A stretch of 64,000 nucleotides of DNA, taken from contig CAVRCI010000002.1 in NCBI GenBank assembly GCA_963719495.1, forward strand, positions 192,001 through 256,000, in the 5' to 3' direction. The notes below the pieces were generated by a model that saw only the letters and a program-made list of their open reading frames with translations, made no database searches and was not told the origin of the DNA. The first letter of the stretch is position 1. Each line of letters begins with the position of its first letter. Of this stretch, positions 31,212-40,691 are shown piece by piece. The position numbers and the translations under genes are program-made. This DNA comes from an uncultured Verrucomicrobiae bacterium. GTDB taxonomy: Bacteria > Verrucomicrobiota > Verrucomicrobiia > Chthoniobacterales > JAATET01.

Positions 31212-32162
31212 TCAGACCTTGTCGCGGAAAAACTCGATGGTCTCGGTGATTCCGGTCTCGAACTCGACCTTGGGTTCCCAATCGAGGAGGCGCTTGGCGA
31301 GGCCGATGTTCGGCTGGCGCACCTTCGGGTCGTCGACGGGGAGCGGTTTGAAGTCGAGCTTGGAGGCCGAGCCGGTGATCCGGATGATCTCCTCGGCGAA
31401 TTGCTTGATGGTCATCTCGCCCGGATTGCCGATGTTCACGGGTTCGTGGTAATCGCTCATCATGAGGCGGTAGATGCCGTCGATGAGGTCGGAGACGAAG
31501 CAAAAGCTGCGGGTCTGGGAGCCGTCGCCAAAAATGGAGAGCGGCTCGCCGCGCAGGGCCTGGCCGATGAAGGCGGGGACGACGCGCCCGTCACGGAGAC
31601 GCATGCGGGGGCCGTAGGTGTTGAAGATGCGGATGATCTTCGTGTCCATGTTGTGGAAGCGGTGGTAGGCCATCGTCATGGCTTCGGCGAAGCGTTTCGC
31701 CTCGTCGTAGACGCCGCGAGGACCGATCGGGTTCACGTTGCCCCAGTAGTCTTCGGTCTGCGGATGGACGAGCGGGTCGCCGTAGCACTCGGAGGTCGAA
31801 GCGAGGAAAAACGAGGCCCCCTTGTCCTTGGCGAGGCCGAGGGCGTTGTGGGTGCCGAGCGAGCCGACCTTGAGCGTGGGGATGGGAAGCTCAAGGTAAT
31901 CGATCGGGCTGGCGGGGCTGGCGAAGTGCCAGACGAAGTCCACCTCGCCGGGAACGAAGATGTATTCCGTGACGTTGTGCTCGATGAATTTGAAATCGGG
32001 ATTGCCGGCGAGGTGCTCGATGTTGGCGACGTTGCCGGTGATGAGGTTGTCGATGGCGATGACCTTGTGGCCTTCGGCGAGAAGGCGGTCGCTGAGGTGG
32101 GAACCGAGGAACCCGGCACCGCCGGTCACAACACTGATTTTTTTCGCGGAAGCTTCGGACAT
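31212..32162 (-). CDS. UDP-glucuronic acid decarboxylase family (NAD-dependent epimerase/dehydratase)
   Basis: [54 protein letters not shown]. Confidence 0.92.
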   Translation of the reverse strand: MSEASAKKISVVTGGAGFLGSHLSDRLLAEGHKVIAIDNLITGNVANIEHLAGNPDFKFIEHNVTEYIFVPGEVDFVWHFASPASPIDYLELPIPTLKVGSLGTHNALGLAKDKGASFFLASTSECYGDPLVHPQTEDYWGNVNPIGPRGVYDEAKRFAEAMTMAYHRFHNMDTKIIRIFNTYGPRMRLRDGRVVPAFIGQALRGEPLSIFGDGSQTRSFCFVSDLIDGIYRLMMSDYHEPVNIGNPGEMTIKQFAEEIIRITGSASKLDFKPLPVDDPKVRQPNIGLAKRLLDWEPKVEFETGITETIEFFRDKV

Positions 32163-32468
32163 GGAGCGGATGGAGATAGGTGGCAGGCGGGGGATTGGCG
32201 AGGAGAAAACGGCTGGAGTGAGTCGAGGGTCGAGTCGTCGAGGGTCGAGGGCGAAGCTGGGCCGTGTGGTGGGTCTTTCGGTTTTTGATTCTTGGTCATC
32301 GAGGCGCAGCGTGTGCGGCTGGGGCTCGCGGGGCTGTCCCGGACGCGGGGGGGGAGGACGGCTCGTCCTCCCGATTCGAGCGTGCGGACGAGCCGTCTCC
32401 ACCCCGTTTTTTCGGATCCCGCGGGAAATCGTGCATCTCCGGCCGTCCAGCTTCTCCGGCCCGCGGAA

Positions 32469-33020
32469 TCACGCTAAACCCATACGGCAACCATACCGAT
32501 ACCGCGGCGCGGGTCTTCGGGCCCGGAGGTCCCGATTCCACCAGCGCTTTGGTTTTGGTCGGTAGTTACTGGCGGACGATGGTGAGGCGTTGCCAGTCGG
32601 AGACGATGGCGGGGAGTTCGCTTGCCATCTGGGTGCGCTTGGCGATTTGGACGGCGTTGGCGAGGGCGGGAAGACCGGAGAAGACGCGGCCCAGACCGAC
32701 AGTTTGGAGAGTTCAAGTGGCTGGTCGAAGGTGTCGTCGGAGTTGGTGCCGCCGAGGGTGGTGGGACGGAGGTCGTAAAATTCCTCGGGAAGTCGGCGGG
32801 ATTCGACCAGATCAGCGGGACGCGGACGACTCTGTCGTGGCACATGAAGGCCTTCTGGCGCGGTCCGCCGTAGGTCACTCCCAGCTCGCCGTGATCGGCG
32901 GTGCGGACGATCCAAGTGTTGTCGCGCAAAGCCTGTCCGGTTGGTCCCGTGATCACGTCGAGAATCTGGCCGATTTGGTCGTCGACGATCTTCATGATAT
33001 AGCCGTAAAAATCGATGCAA
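32469..33020 (-). pseudogene. Sulfatase C-terminal remnant
   Basis: FYGYIMKIVDDQIGQILD, NTWIVRTADHGE, RVPLIWSNP in one frame and EEFYDL in another; no N-terminal CxPxR region. Confidence 0.65.
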
Positions 33021-33210
33021 TTACCTATCTGGAAGTAGTTTAATTCCGGAATCGACCCGTTCGAGTGAAGAGCGTCGCCACGTGGGCGGTCGGCACGCCA
33101 AGGTCGCCGGAAGCGGCGGTGAACGCAGCGGCGCCGGCGACCGTTTTCGAAAAGCCGCGCCGGTCGAAGGTGGGCGCGCGGCGAGTGGAGTGTGGCCTAT
33201 TCTCAAAGGG

Positions 33211-33300
33211 AAAATGAACCAGGATTTACAGGATTTAGAGGATGATCAGGCCTGACTTACGAGGCAGGGGATCTGTCACCCTGTGGGCGAAAGAAGGGGG
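33211..33300. repeat. Truncated ACAGGATTT-array element (left arm only)
   Basis: aaaatgaaccaggatttacaggatttagaggatgatcagg resembles 35495-35535. Confidence 0.7.
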
Positions 33301-33475
33301 TCGTGGCCGGGATCGCCCGGGCGTTTTTTTTACCGTTCCAGCGGGCGGAAGATCAAAAATCGATGAACGCGGGTGATTTCCCAACGCCGCCGCCGAGGTC
33401 GGGGCTCCCGGCGACCGGATGCCGGGGAGCGCGGGAAACGGAGGACTCGGGAAATCCGCCCGGACATCCGGTGGG

Positions 33476-34426
33476 TTAGAGGAGCCCGGGCCGATGGGTC
33501 GGAATGATGTCCACAACGACGCGTGGCGCGAACTTTTGAAAATCCCGAGCGAGATCGGTGCGAAGTCGGTCCAACTCGGTTGTCCGCGGTGGCTCGGCGT
33601 CCGGTCCGATTTCCACGGTGATCAGGACGTAGATCGAGCGACCGATCTGGACGACGCGAATTCGCGAATCCACGGCCTTCCAGGGGCGAATGGCAGTTTC
33701 GCAGGTCGGGACGATTTGCGCGGTGATCCTCCGATCCGCCGCGGAGAAAACGAGCTGCCCGACGCCTTCCCAAATGGTCCGGAGTGGAACCGGGAGGAGG
33801 AGCAGGACGAGAATGCCGGTGAGGGCGGGGTCGACGGAAGGGACCCAATCGGCGTAGGCGGTTTTTCCGAGAAAAATCCCTCCCGCGAACGCCGTGCCGA
33901 CGAGGCCGCTGAGGATCCCGTCGAAGACCCAGCTCCGGGCGTCGACGGCCAGCAGGCTCGATCCGGTCTGCCGGGCGGCGCGGCGTTGGTGCCAGGCGAG
34001 CGTCAGGCAGCCGACCGTGCAGATCGCGCTGTAGACGATCGCAATGCCGAAGGCGGGTTCGCGACCTCGGTCGAACAACGCGACCAAGCTGGAGCCGAGT
34101 GCGAAGAGGCAGAGGGTGAGGATGAGGAGGCCCTTGATGGCATTGAGGAGCGGCTCGTAGCTGGCGTAACCGAAGGGGTGGGTGTCGTCGTCGGGGCGGG
34201 TGACCATTCGGCTGACCTTGAGCGCGAGGATGGCGATGATGCCGGAGATGACGGAATAAAAACCGTCGAGCAGGATGGCGTTCGAGTGCGTGATCGCGGC
34301 GAATCCGACACCGAGCGCGCCGAAGACGCCGTAGCCGAGGATGGAGCGCCGAAGGGCGGCGGTCTCGACGGCGGCGGCCTCGATGGCGGCGAGTGGGTCC
34401 GGCGGGGAGGTGGGGTCGACGGTCAT
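33476..34426 (-). CDS. Cation diffusion facilitator family transporter
   Basis: SNAILLDGFYS, HPFGYASYEP, LLAVDARSWVFD, VDP; six TM helices plus C-terminal domain. Confidence 0.85.
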   Translation of the reverse strand: MTVDPTSPPDPLAAIEAAAVETAALRRSILGYGVFGALGVGFAAITHSNAILLDGFYSVISGIIAILALKVSRMVTRPDDDTHPFGYASYEPLLNAIKGLLILTLCLFALGSSLVALFDRGREPAFGIAIVYSAICTVGCLTLAWHQRRAARQTGSSLLAVDARSWVFDGILSGLVGTAFAGGIFLGKTAYADWVPSVDPALTGILVLLLLPVPLRTIWEGVGQLVFSAADRRITAQIVPTCETAIRPWKAVDSRIRVVQIGRSIYVLITVEIGPDAEPPRTTELDRLRTDLARDFQKFAPRVVVDIIPTHRPGLL

Positions 34427-34562
34427 GGCGCCAGGGTCCCGCGGGTCGACCGCGGGTCGGGTTGGAGTCCGATCAAGACAATGCCGATCCGGCGACGGAC
34501 GACTCCTTCGCTCGGCGACCGATGGGACCAGGGGTGGCCCAGCAAGCGTGGTGTCCCGTAAG

Positions 34563-35129
34563 TCATTCCCGATGTTCCCGGAAGAGTTGCTCGAGTCTTT
34601 GCAGCGACTCGGGTTCTTCCTTGAGCTCGAGCAGGGGGGCGAGCTCGGCGCGGACGAGATCGAGGTCGAGCCGGTCTGGCCGAACCAAGAGGATCCCTTC
34701 GATGTCGAGCCAGTCGCGGTCTCGACCGGCAAAGGCTTTGTGAACGATGAGATCCTCCGCGCTGCAGGTCGTCAGCGAGATGCCACCGGGCAGCGACCAG
34801 GCGGAGCTCCGGGCCACGCTGTTTTCCTCGAAGGGCATGGCGCCGAGGGCGACGTCGAGCGGGACGCCGTTCGAGGCGGAGAGCAGGACGACCCGGTAGC
34901 GAAGCGCGAAGGCCGCGGTGTCCGGGCGACGTCCGGTGAACCGAGCCAGGAGGGCTTCGACAAAAGGCTCTTCGTTTCCGAATCCGGTGACGAGGGTGAG
35001 GTCGGCGTCCTGGGTGTTGCGTGGCTCGCCCCAGCGCTGAACGGCCAGACCCCCGATGAAGCAAAATCGCCAGCCGTTTGCCGCGCAAAAGAGCTGAAGT
35101 TCGTGCGCCGCTTCCAGGACTGGATTCAT
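34563..35129 (-). CDS. Pol-beta-superfamily nucleotidyltransferase (AbiEii/DUF1814-like putative toxin)
   Basis: FIGGLAV..WGEPRNTQDADL, PLDVAL, CSAEDLIVHKAFAGRDRDWLDI. Confidence 0.75.
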   Translation of the reverse strand: MNPVLEAAHELQLFCAANGWRFCFIGGLAVQRWGEPRNTQDADLTLVTGFGNEEPFVEALLARFTGRRPDTAAFALRYRVVLLSASNGVPLDVALGAMPFEENSVARSSAWSLPGGISLTTCSAEDLIVHKAFAGRDRDWLDIEGILLVRPDRLDLDLVRAELAPLLELKEEPESLQRLEQLFREHRE

Positions 35130-35365
35130 TTCGAAAGCTCCTTTAAAAAGATCGATTGTTGAATTGCGAAGCCGCAATCGGCGCCATCGGCCCGGCGGGC
35201 GCGGCGCCGACGGGCGGGGGCGTCGGGGTCGACGAAGAACGAAGCGGCGATGGCGGCGTTTTTCGTTTCGTCCAAGGCGCGCAGCTCGTCGGCTCGGACG
35301 GCAGCCAGTGCGGGGCCGGCGGCTTTCCACTGGGCGGCCCAAGTTTTTGCGTCCTCGGCGTCCAC
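35126..35365 (-). CDS. Small hypothetical protein, putative antitoxin partner
   Basis: WAAQWKAAGPALAAVRADELR..GFAIQQSIF; 4-bp ATGA overlap with the NTase; GTG 35365 lies 7 nt after a TAGCAT -10-like box (alternative start 35479). Confidence 0.55.
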   Translation of the reverse strand: MDAEDAKTWAAQWKAAGPALAAVRADELRALDETKNAAIAASFFVDPDAPARRRRARRADGADCGFAIQQSIFLKELSK

Positions 35366-35501
35366 GTCGCGGATGCTAGCGGTGAGGTCGGCGGGTGGCA
35401 CGGTCTTTGTCGATGCGGACGGATCGAAGTCCCCGGACGTGAGCAAGTCATAAGCTTTCCCCGGAAATTGCGCGCTCACCTCCTCCTGAAAAGAAAAATG
35501 A

Positions 35502-35631
35502 GACAGGATTTACAGGATTTACGGGATGATCAGGAATGATTGATGAGGCGTGGATCGGTCGCCCAGTGAGTGAGCGGGGACATTGTTCGGAGTCACTGAA
35601 ATTCAATCCTTCCAATCCTGTGGATCCTGTC
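35502..35631. repeat. MITE-like element with inverted 9-mer arrays
   Basis: Left gacaggatttacaggatttacgggat; right aatccttccaatcctgtggatcctgtc; second complete copy at 53897-53990. Confidence 0.75.
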
Positions 35632-35720
35632 CATTCCCCGATTTAGGGTGATCCCGCTACCGCCCGTCGCGTTCGCTGCCGGGTGAACGTGAGGAAAAGA
35701 CAACCGCCGGATCGGCGACC

Positions 35721-37112
35721 CTACTTCGCGCCGAAGCCGAAGAGGACGACCGGACCGGTGCGGATGAGGATCCAGAGATCGAGGCCGAGGGACCAGTTGT
35801 CGATGTATTCAACGTCCATTTTGACCCAATCGTCGAATTTCGTCACTTGGCTGCGACCGCGGATCTGCCAGATGCAGGTCAGGCCGGGCTTCATGCTGAG
35901 ACGGCGGCGGTGGGCGGCGGATTCGAATTGCGCGACTTCGTAGAGCGGGAGCGGGCGGGGGCCGACGAGCGACATGTGGCCGAGGAGGATGTTGAGCAGC
36001 TGGGGCAGTTCGTCGATGCTGGTCTTGCGGAGCCACCGGCCGAGCGGAGTCACGCGGGGGTCGTCTTCGAGTTTGAAGACGGGACCGCTCATGAGATTGA
36101 AGGCCTCGAACTCGGCGCGGCGCATCTCGGCGTCGCTGCGCATGGAGCGGAATTTGAACATCGTGAAGGCGCGCCCGTGGCGACCGGCGCGTTGTTGCCG
36201 AAAGACCGCGGGGCCGGGCGACGTGACCTTGATGAGCGCGGCGACGAGCAGGAGGAAGGGAAACAGGAAAACAAGAGCCAGGCCGGCGACCGTGCGGTCG
36301 AAGACGCTCTTGACGATGAGGGCGTAGGAAATGTCGGGGGTGGTGCGGAAAACGAGCATCGGGCGGGTGGCGAGCACCTCGTAGGTGGGGCGGGCGATGG
36401 ACGTGCGGATGAAATCGGCGCAGAGCCAGGCCTCGACGCCCTCGACCTCGCAGGCGGCGATCGCCTTCTGGACGGAGCTGAGTTCCAGGCGATTGAAGGC
36501 GAGGACGACGCGTCCGACCGAGTGAGCGTGCAGCGCGTGGACGAGGGCGGACGTGTCGTTGGCTTCGAGGTCGATCCGCTCGATGACGGCGATCTCGAGT
36601 CGCTGCGTCTCGGTGAAGGCGGCTTCGAGCTCGGCCATTTTGGCGGGTTCGCCCGCGATGAGGATGCGTTCGGCGACGAAACCTCCGGCGAGCCGACGCT
36701 TGTAGATGGCGGTGAAGATTTTTTCCTTCCCGACGAGCAGGAGCGCGGAGGTGACGGCAAAAAGGATCGCGACCGAGCGGCTGGGGAATTCCAGCTTGAA
36801 AAGGAAGCCGCTGACGGCGACCAGGACGAAGAGCCAGACCCCGGCACGGACGATCTGGGTGAGGGATTTCCAAAGGGATTTTTCGAGCGGGTAGTAGTAG
36901 AATCCCTGGAGTTCGAGCAGGAAGGGGCCGAAGGGAATGATGACCGCCAGCGCCCAGAAGAAAAAGTTGAAGGACGGGATCTCCGGCGAGTCGTCGAGAC
37001 TGACGATGCCGTGAAAACGGAGCTGATGGCTGATCCAAAAAGCGAGGCCCAGGAGGAGGGCGTCAACGAGTTCGTTGAGTTGAAGATTGATTTCCCGTTT
37101 TCGCGCTAACAT
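35721..37112 (-). CDS. Polyprenyl-phosphate glycosylphosphotransferase (WcaJ/WbaP-like sugar transferase)
   Basis: N-terminal TMs; KFRSM, DDPRVT, LRKTSIDELPQLLNIL.GHMSLVGPRP, KPGLTCIWQI, YIDNWSL. Confidence 0.92.
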   Translation of the reverse strand: MLARKREINLQLNELVDALLLGLAFWISHQLRFHGIVSLDDSPEIPSFNFFFWALAVIIPFGPFLLELQGFYYYPLEKSLWKSLTQIVRAGVWLFVLVAVSGFLFKLEFPSRSVAILFAVTSALLLVGKEKIFTAIYKRRLAGGFVAERILIAGEPAKMAELEAAFTETQRLEIAVIERIDLEANDTSALVHALHAHSVGRVVLAFNRLELSSVQKAIAACEVEGVEAWLCADFIRTSIARPTYEVLATRPMLVFRTTPDISYALIVKSVFDRTVAGLALVFLFPFLLLVAALIKVTSPGPAVFRQQRAGRHGRAFTMFKFRSMRSDAEMRRAEFEAFNLMSGPVFKLEDDPRVTPLGRWLRKTSIDELPQLLNILLGHMSLVGPRPLPLYEVAQFESAAHRRRLSMKPGLTCIWQIRGRSQVTKFDDWVKMDVEYIDNWSLGLDLWILIRTGPVVLFGFGAK

Positions 37113-37160
37113 AACGTGCCCCGCTGGTGGCGGAGACCACGGCACTAGATTTCAGCACAG

Positions 37161-37856
37161 ATGATGCGTCAAAGGAAAAGACCGTTACGCCTGGACCGGG
37201 CGAATGTCGTCGGGGTGATCGAGTCGCGACGCGGTTTCGCGGCGGCGAGGCGGTTGGCCGAGCGGGAGCTCGACGCCGTGGAGCTGCGGTTGGATTTGTT
37301 CGGGTCGGTCCCGCGGATCGAGACGCTCATGGCGCTGCCGGTGCCGATCATCGCGACGGTGCGGAGCGAGCGCGAAGGTGGGGCGGCTGGGATCGACGAT
37401 GCGCGGCGGGCGGACCTTTACCGTGGGGTGCTTGGGGTGGTGAAGGCGATCGACCTGGAATTGTCTTCCCTGCCGGCGATGGAAGCCGTGGCGCGAGCGG
37501 CCAAATCGGCAAAGCAGCGGGTGATCGCGTCGGCCCACGATTTCGAAGGCGCTCCCGACCGGCGGAGCTTGCGCGAGATGGCGAAGCGGGCGGTAGGGGC
37601 CGGGGCGGACGTGCTGAAGGTGGCGTTCACCGCGGGGCGGATCGCGGAATTGTCTCCCGCGCTGGAATTCCTGGAAGAGGCGCCGCTCCCGGTGGCCGTC
37701 ATGGCGATGGGGCGTTACGGGAAGGTGTCGCGGCTGCTCTTCGCGGCGGGCGGCTCGGTGCTCAACTACGGCTGGATCGAGCGTCCGGTCGTGGTGGGGC
37801 AATGGTCGGCCGCGGAGCTGCGGACGCGGCTCGATGAGCTCGCGAGGATGCGCTGA
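37161..37856 (+). CDS. aroD: Type I 3-dehydroquinate dehydratase
   Basis: DAVELRLD, IATVRSEREGG, IDLE, SAHDF, DVLKVA, MAMGRYGKVSR, GQW. Confidence 0.88.
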   Translation: MMRQRKRPLRLDRANVVGVIESRRGFAAARRLAERELDAVELRLDLFGSVPRIETLMALPVPIIATVRSEREGGAAGIDDARRADLYRGVLGVVKAIDLELSSLPAMEAVARAAKSAKQRVIASAHDFEGAPDRRSLREMAKRAVGAGADVLKVAFTAGRIAELSPALEFLEEAPLPVAVMAMGRYGKVSRLLFAAGGSVLNYGWIERPVVVGQWSAAELRTRLDELARMR

Positions 37857-37859
37857 GGA

Positions 37860-38744
37860 GTGGCGGATCGGGAATGGCTCCTGGCACTGCCCGCCGGGTC
37901 GGCCCTGCTCTACGTCGTCGCGGCGCTGTTGCTCAAAAGGTCGATTCTGGGGGGAGCCGGGCAGGCGCAGGTCAATTTGGTCGTCAACGTCGCGGCGGCG
38001 GTCTTGTTTTCACCGCTCGCGTTTTTCGCGAGCGGGGTCGACTGGGGACTCGCTTGGATGCCGGTCACCGCGGGCGTGACGTTCTTTTTCGGACAGATTT
38101 TTACCTTTCAAGCGCTGCGCCACGGCGACGTTTCCGTGGCGACACCGCTGCTCGGAATGAAGGTGCTCTTCATTGCGGCGGTGAGTGCGGTGATTTTCGG
38201 CGAGGCGTTGGAGCTGCGCTGGTGGGTGGGGGCGGCGGCGAGTTCGTTGGGCGTGATTCTGGTGACGGGCGCGACGTGGCGGACGCTGGGGCCGCGGCTG
38301 TTCCGGGCCGATGCGGTGATGTCGGTGGCGGCGGCGGTGGCGTTCGCGTTCACGGACGTCTTCGTGCAGCAGTGGGCTCCGAAGTTTGGGGTGGCGGCTT
38401 TCATTCCGCTCATGTTCGGGGTGGTGGCGGTTCTTTCGGTGGCGGTCTTCGTCCCGTCGCGCGGGGTGGCGGTTTTTCAAATTCCCAGCGCGGCGAGAAT
38501 TCCACTGGCTCTGGGCAGCCTGGTGCTGAGCGTGCAGGCGCTCGGAATGGCGCTGGCCTTGAGCCATTACGGTAACGCGACGGCGGTGAACATCGTCTAT
38601 TCGTCCCGTTCCGTGTGGAGCGTGGTGCTGGCGGCGGTGCTGGGACGCTACCTGATGTGGACCGAAGGCGGCGAAGGCGGAATGGGGCGGCGGCTGGCGG
38701 GATCGATCCTGCTTTTCGCGGCGGTTGTGCTGGTCCTACTGTAG
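37860..38744 (+). CDS. DMT/EamA-family transporter
   Basis: About 10 hydrophobic helices, ALRHGDVSVATP. Confidence 0.75.
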   Translation: MADREWLLALPAGSALLYVVAALLLKRSILGGAGQAQVNLVVNVAAAVLFSPLAFFASGVDWGLAWMPVTAGVTFFFGQIFTFQALRHGDVSVATPLLGMKVLFIAAVSAVIFGEALELRWWVGAAASSLGVILVTGATWRTLGPRLFRADAVMSVAAAVAFAFTDVFVQQWAPKFGVAAFIPLMFGVVAVLSVAVFVPSRGVAVFQIPSAARIPLALGSLVLSVQALGMALALSHYGNATAVNIVYSSRSVWSVVLAAVLGRYLMWTEGGEGGMGRRLAGSILLFAAVVLVLL

Positions 38745-38750
38745 GAGTTG

Positions 38751-39773
38751 ATGCGGGAGATCAGCAAAAAATTGCGGGACGGCGGAAATCTAGGCGGTCC
38801 GGAGGTGGCGGAGGTTTGTCGGTATCTCATGGATGAAGCGGCGGGCGTCGAAGAGCGGGCGGCGGTGCTCGAGGCGCTCACGGCGAAGGGCGAGACGGCG
38901 GAGGAAATCGCGTGGTTTGTACGGACGCTGATCGCTCACGCTCGTCCCATCGAAATCACGAGCGAGCGACCAATCATGGATATCTGCGGGACCGGCGGGG
39001 ACAAGCTGGGCCTTTTCAACGTGTCGACGGCGGCGATGTTTCTGGTGGCGGCGGCGGGGGTGACGGTCGTGAAGCACGGGAATCGGGGAATCACTTCGAA
39101 GTGCGGGGGCGCCGACGTGCTCGAGGCTCTGGGCGTCGACATCGAATTGCCGCCGGAGCGGGCGGCGGCGATGGCGGCGGACGTGGGGTGCGTGTTTTTG
39201 TTTGCCCCGGCTTATCATCCGGCTTTTCGGGCGATCGGGCCGGTGCGGGCCGCGCTGGCCAAGCGCGGGGTGGCAACGGTGTTTAATAAATTGGGACCGT
39301 TACTCAATCCGGCGGCTCCACCGCGGCAACTGGCCGGTGTCTTCGAGCAGGGAATGACTTCGGTCTACGCCGAGGTTTTTCGGGAGCTCGGCCGGGAGAA
39401 GACGTGGGCGGTGCACGGCGAGACGCCGGTGGGCGGACTGGACGAGATGTCGACGCTGGGGGACACGCGGGTGGTCGAACTGTCAGGCGTCGAGATCGAA
39501 TCTTTCACCGTGAGTGCGGCGTCGCACGGGATCGTGGCGCCGGATCTCGCTGAGCTGCTCGGCGGCGGGGCGGCTGAAAATTCCCGGAAATTGGAAGCCC
39601 TCGTTCGCGGGAAGCTCCCGGGGCCGGTCGAGGATCTGGTGTGCTGGAACGCGGCGGGCGCGCTGGTCGTGGCGGGGATCGCGGCGGATCTGGGTGTCGG
39701 GCTGGAACTGGCGAGACGGGTGATCGCGGATGGCGGGGCCGCGGCCCGGTTGGACGCGCTGCGGGCGGCTTGA
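38751..39773 (+). CDS. trpD: Anthranilate phosphoribosyltransferase
   Basis: KGETAEE, DICGTGGD, FNVSTAA, KHGNR, APAYHPA, GPLLNP, GLDE. Confidence 0.95.
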   Translation: MREISKKLRDGGNLGGPEVAEVCRYLMDEAAGVEERAAVLEALTAKGETAEEIAWFVRTLIAHARPIEITSERPIMDICGTGGDKLGLFNVSTAAMFLVAAAGVTVVKHGNRGITSKCGGADVLEALGVDIELPPERAAAMAADVGCVFLFAPAYHPAFRAIGPVRAALAKRGVATVFNKLGPLLNPAAPPRQLAGVFEQGMTSVYAEVFRELGREKTWAVHGETPVGGLDEMSTLGDTRVVELSGVEIESFTVSAASHGIVAPDLAELLGGGAAENSRKLEALVRGKLPGPVEDLVCWNAAGALVVAGIAADLGVGLELARRVIADGGAAARLDALRAA

Positions 39774-39775
39774 GT

Positions 39776-40531
39776 TCAGAGCGTTCCGCGCTCGGCGCGG
39801 CGGAAGGCCTCGAGTTCGCGCTTGAGCGGTTCCCAATAGGCGCGGTCCTTCGCCTGCTCGGTGCGGACCTCGGCGTCGAGGTCGGTGCGGAGGGCATCGA
39901 GGTCGCCGGAGATGGCGTGGGCGAGGAGCGGGCGGCGGGGCAGGACGCTGGAAGTCTCGGCGGGGAAGCGGTCGGTGAGCTCGATCAGTCGCTCCGACGT
40001 GCGAATCTCGGACAGCCAGAACTCGATGCGGTCCGCGGTGGGCTCCGCGTCATTGGCGACGAAATGGTTTTCGACGAGCGCGGTGATGACGGGCCAATCC
40101 TTTTCCCGCTGGGTTTTCTTGGCTTTGACCAGGTCCGGGATCGAGAGGAGCTGACAATCCTCGCCGGTCGGCAATGTGATCGTGGCTCGGCGTTCCCAAA
40201 GTTCGGGAAACGGATCGAGATCCCGCAAACGGGTCATGACGTCGACCCGTAGACCTTCCGCCTCCGGAATTCGGCATCGGTAGTGAACAGCGTGTCCGGT
40301 CGCAAGAATCTCGGGCGCGAAGGGCGGAACGGCAATTCGGTCCGCCTTTAAATCGCTGAGGGCCGCGTGCAGCCGGTCGAAGTTGTCCTCGTCGCCCAGC
40401 AGGACGAAGTCGACGTCCTTGCTAAATTGGGCCGCGCCGTAGAACACGCAGGCCTGACCGCCCATAAGCAACGCCTCGACTCGATGTCGCTGGATCGTAG
40501 AAAGGACTTGTCGGATCGGGGTCGGGATCAA
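39776..40531 (-). CDS. Pol-beta-superfamily nucleotidyltransferase (putative toxin)
   Basis: LLMGGQACVFYGAAQFSKDVD, RVDVM, DLVKAKKTQREKDW; TTG start with AGGAGG upstream. Confidence 0.72.
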   Translation of the reverse strand: MIPTPIRQVLSTIQRHRVEALLMGGQACVFYGAAQFSKDVDFVLLGDEDNFDRLHAALSDLKADRIAVPPFAPEILATGHAVHYRCRIPEAEGLRVDVMTRLRDLDPFPELWERRATITLPTGEDCQLLSIPDLVKAKKTQREKDWPVITALVENHFVANDAEPTADRIEFWLSEIRTSERLIELTDRFPAETSSVLPRRPLLAHAISGDLDALRTDLDAEVRTEQAKDRAYWEPLKRELEAFRRAERGTL

Positions 40532-40646
40532 GGCTGCCTCCTATGGCTAAGTATTGGGCGAAAATTTTTTCACTCTCTTCGAAGCGTTGAATCGGGGTGA
40601 GGTCGACCCACTCCTTCCATTCGTCGGAGAGGTCTTCGTATCGCAT
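40422..40646 (-). CDS. Small hypothetical protein, putative antitoxin partner
   Basis: MRYEDLSDEWKEWVDLTPIQRFEESEKIFAQYLAIGGSLDPDPDPTSPFY; overlaps the NTase by 110 nt. Confidence 0.6.
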   Translation of the reverse strand: MRYEDLSDEWKEWVDLTPIQRFEESEKIFAQYLAIGGSLDPDPDPTSPFYDPATSSRGVAYGRSGLRVLRRGPI

Positions 40647-40691
40647 TGCCGGGAGTGTCGGGCGGATCGTGCCGTGGCGCAAGCCCGCGAC

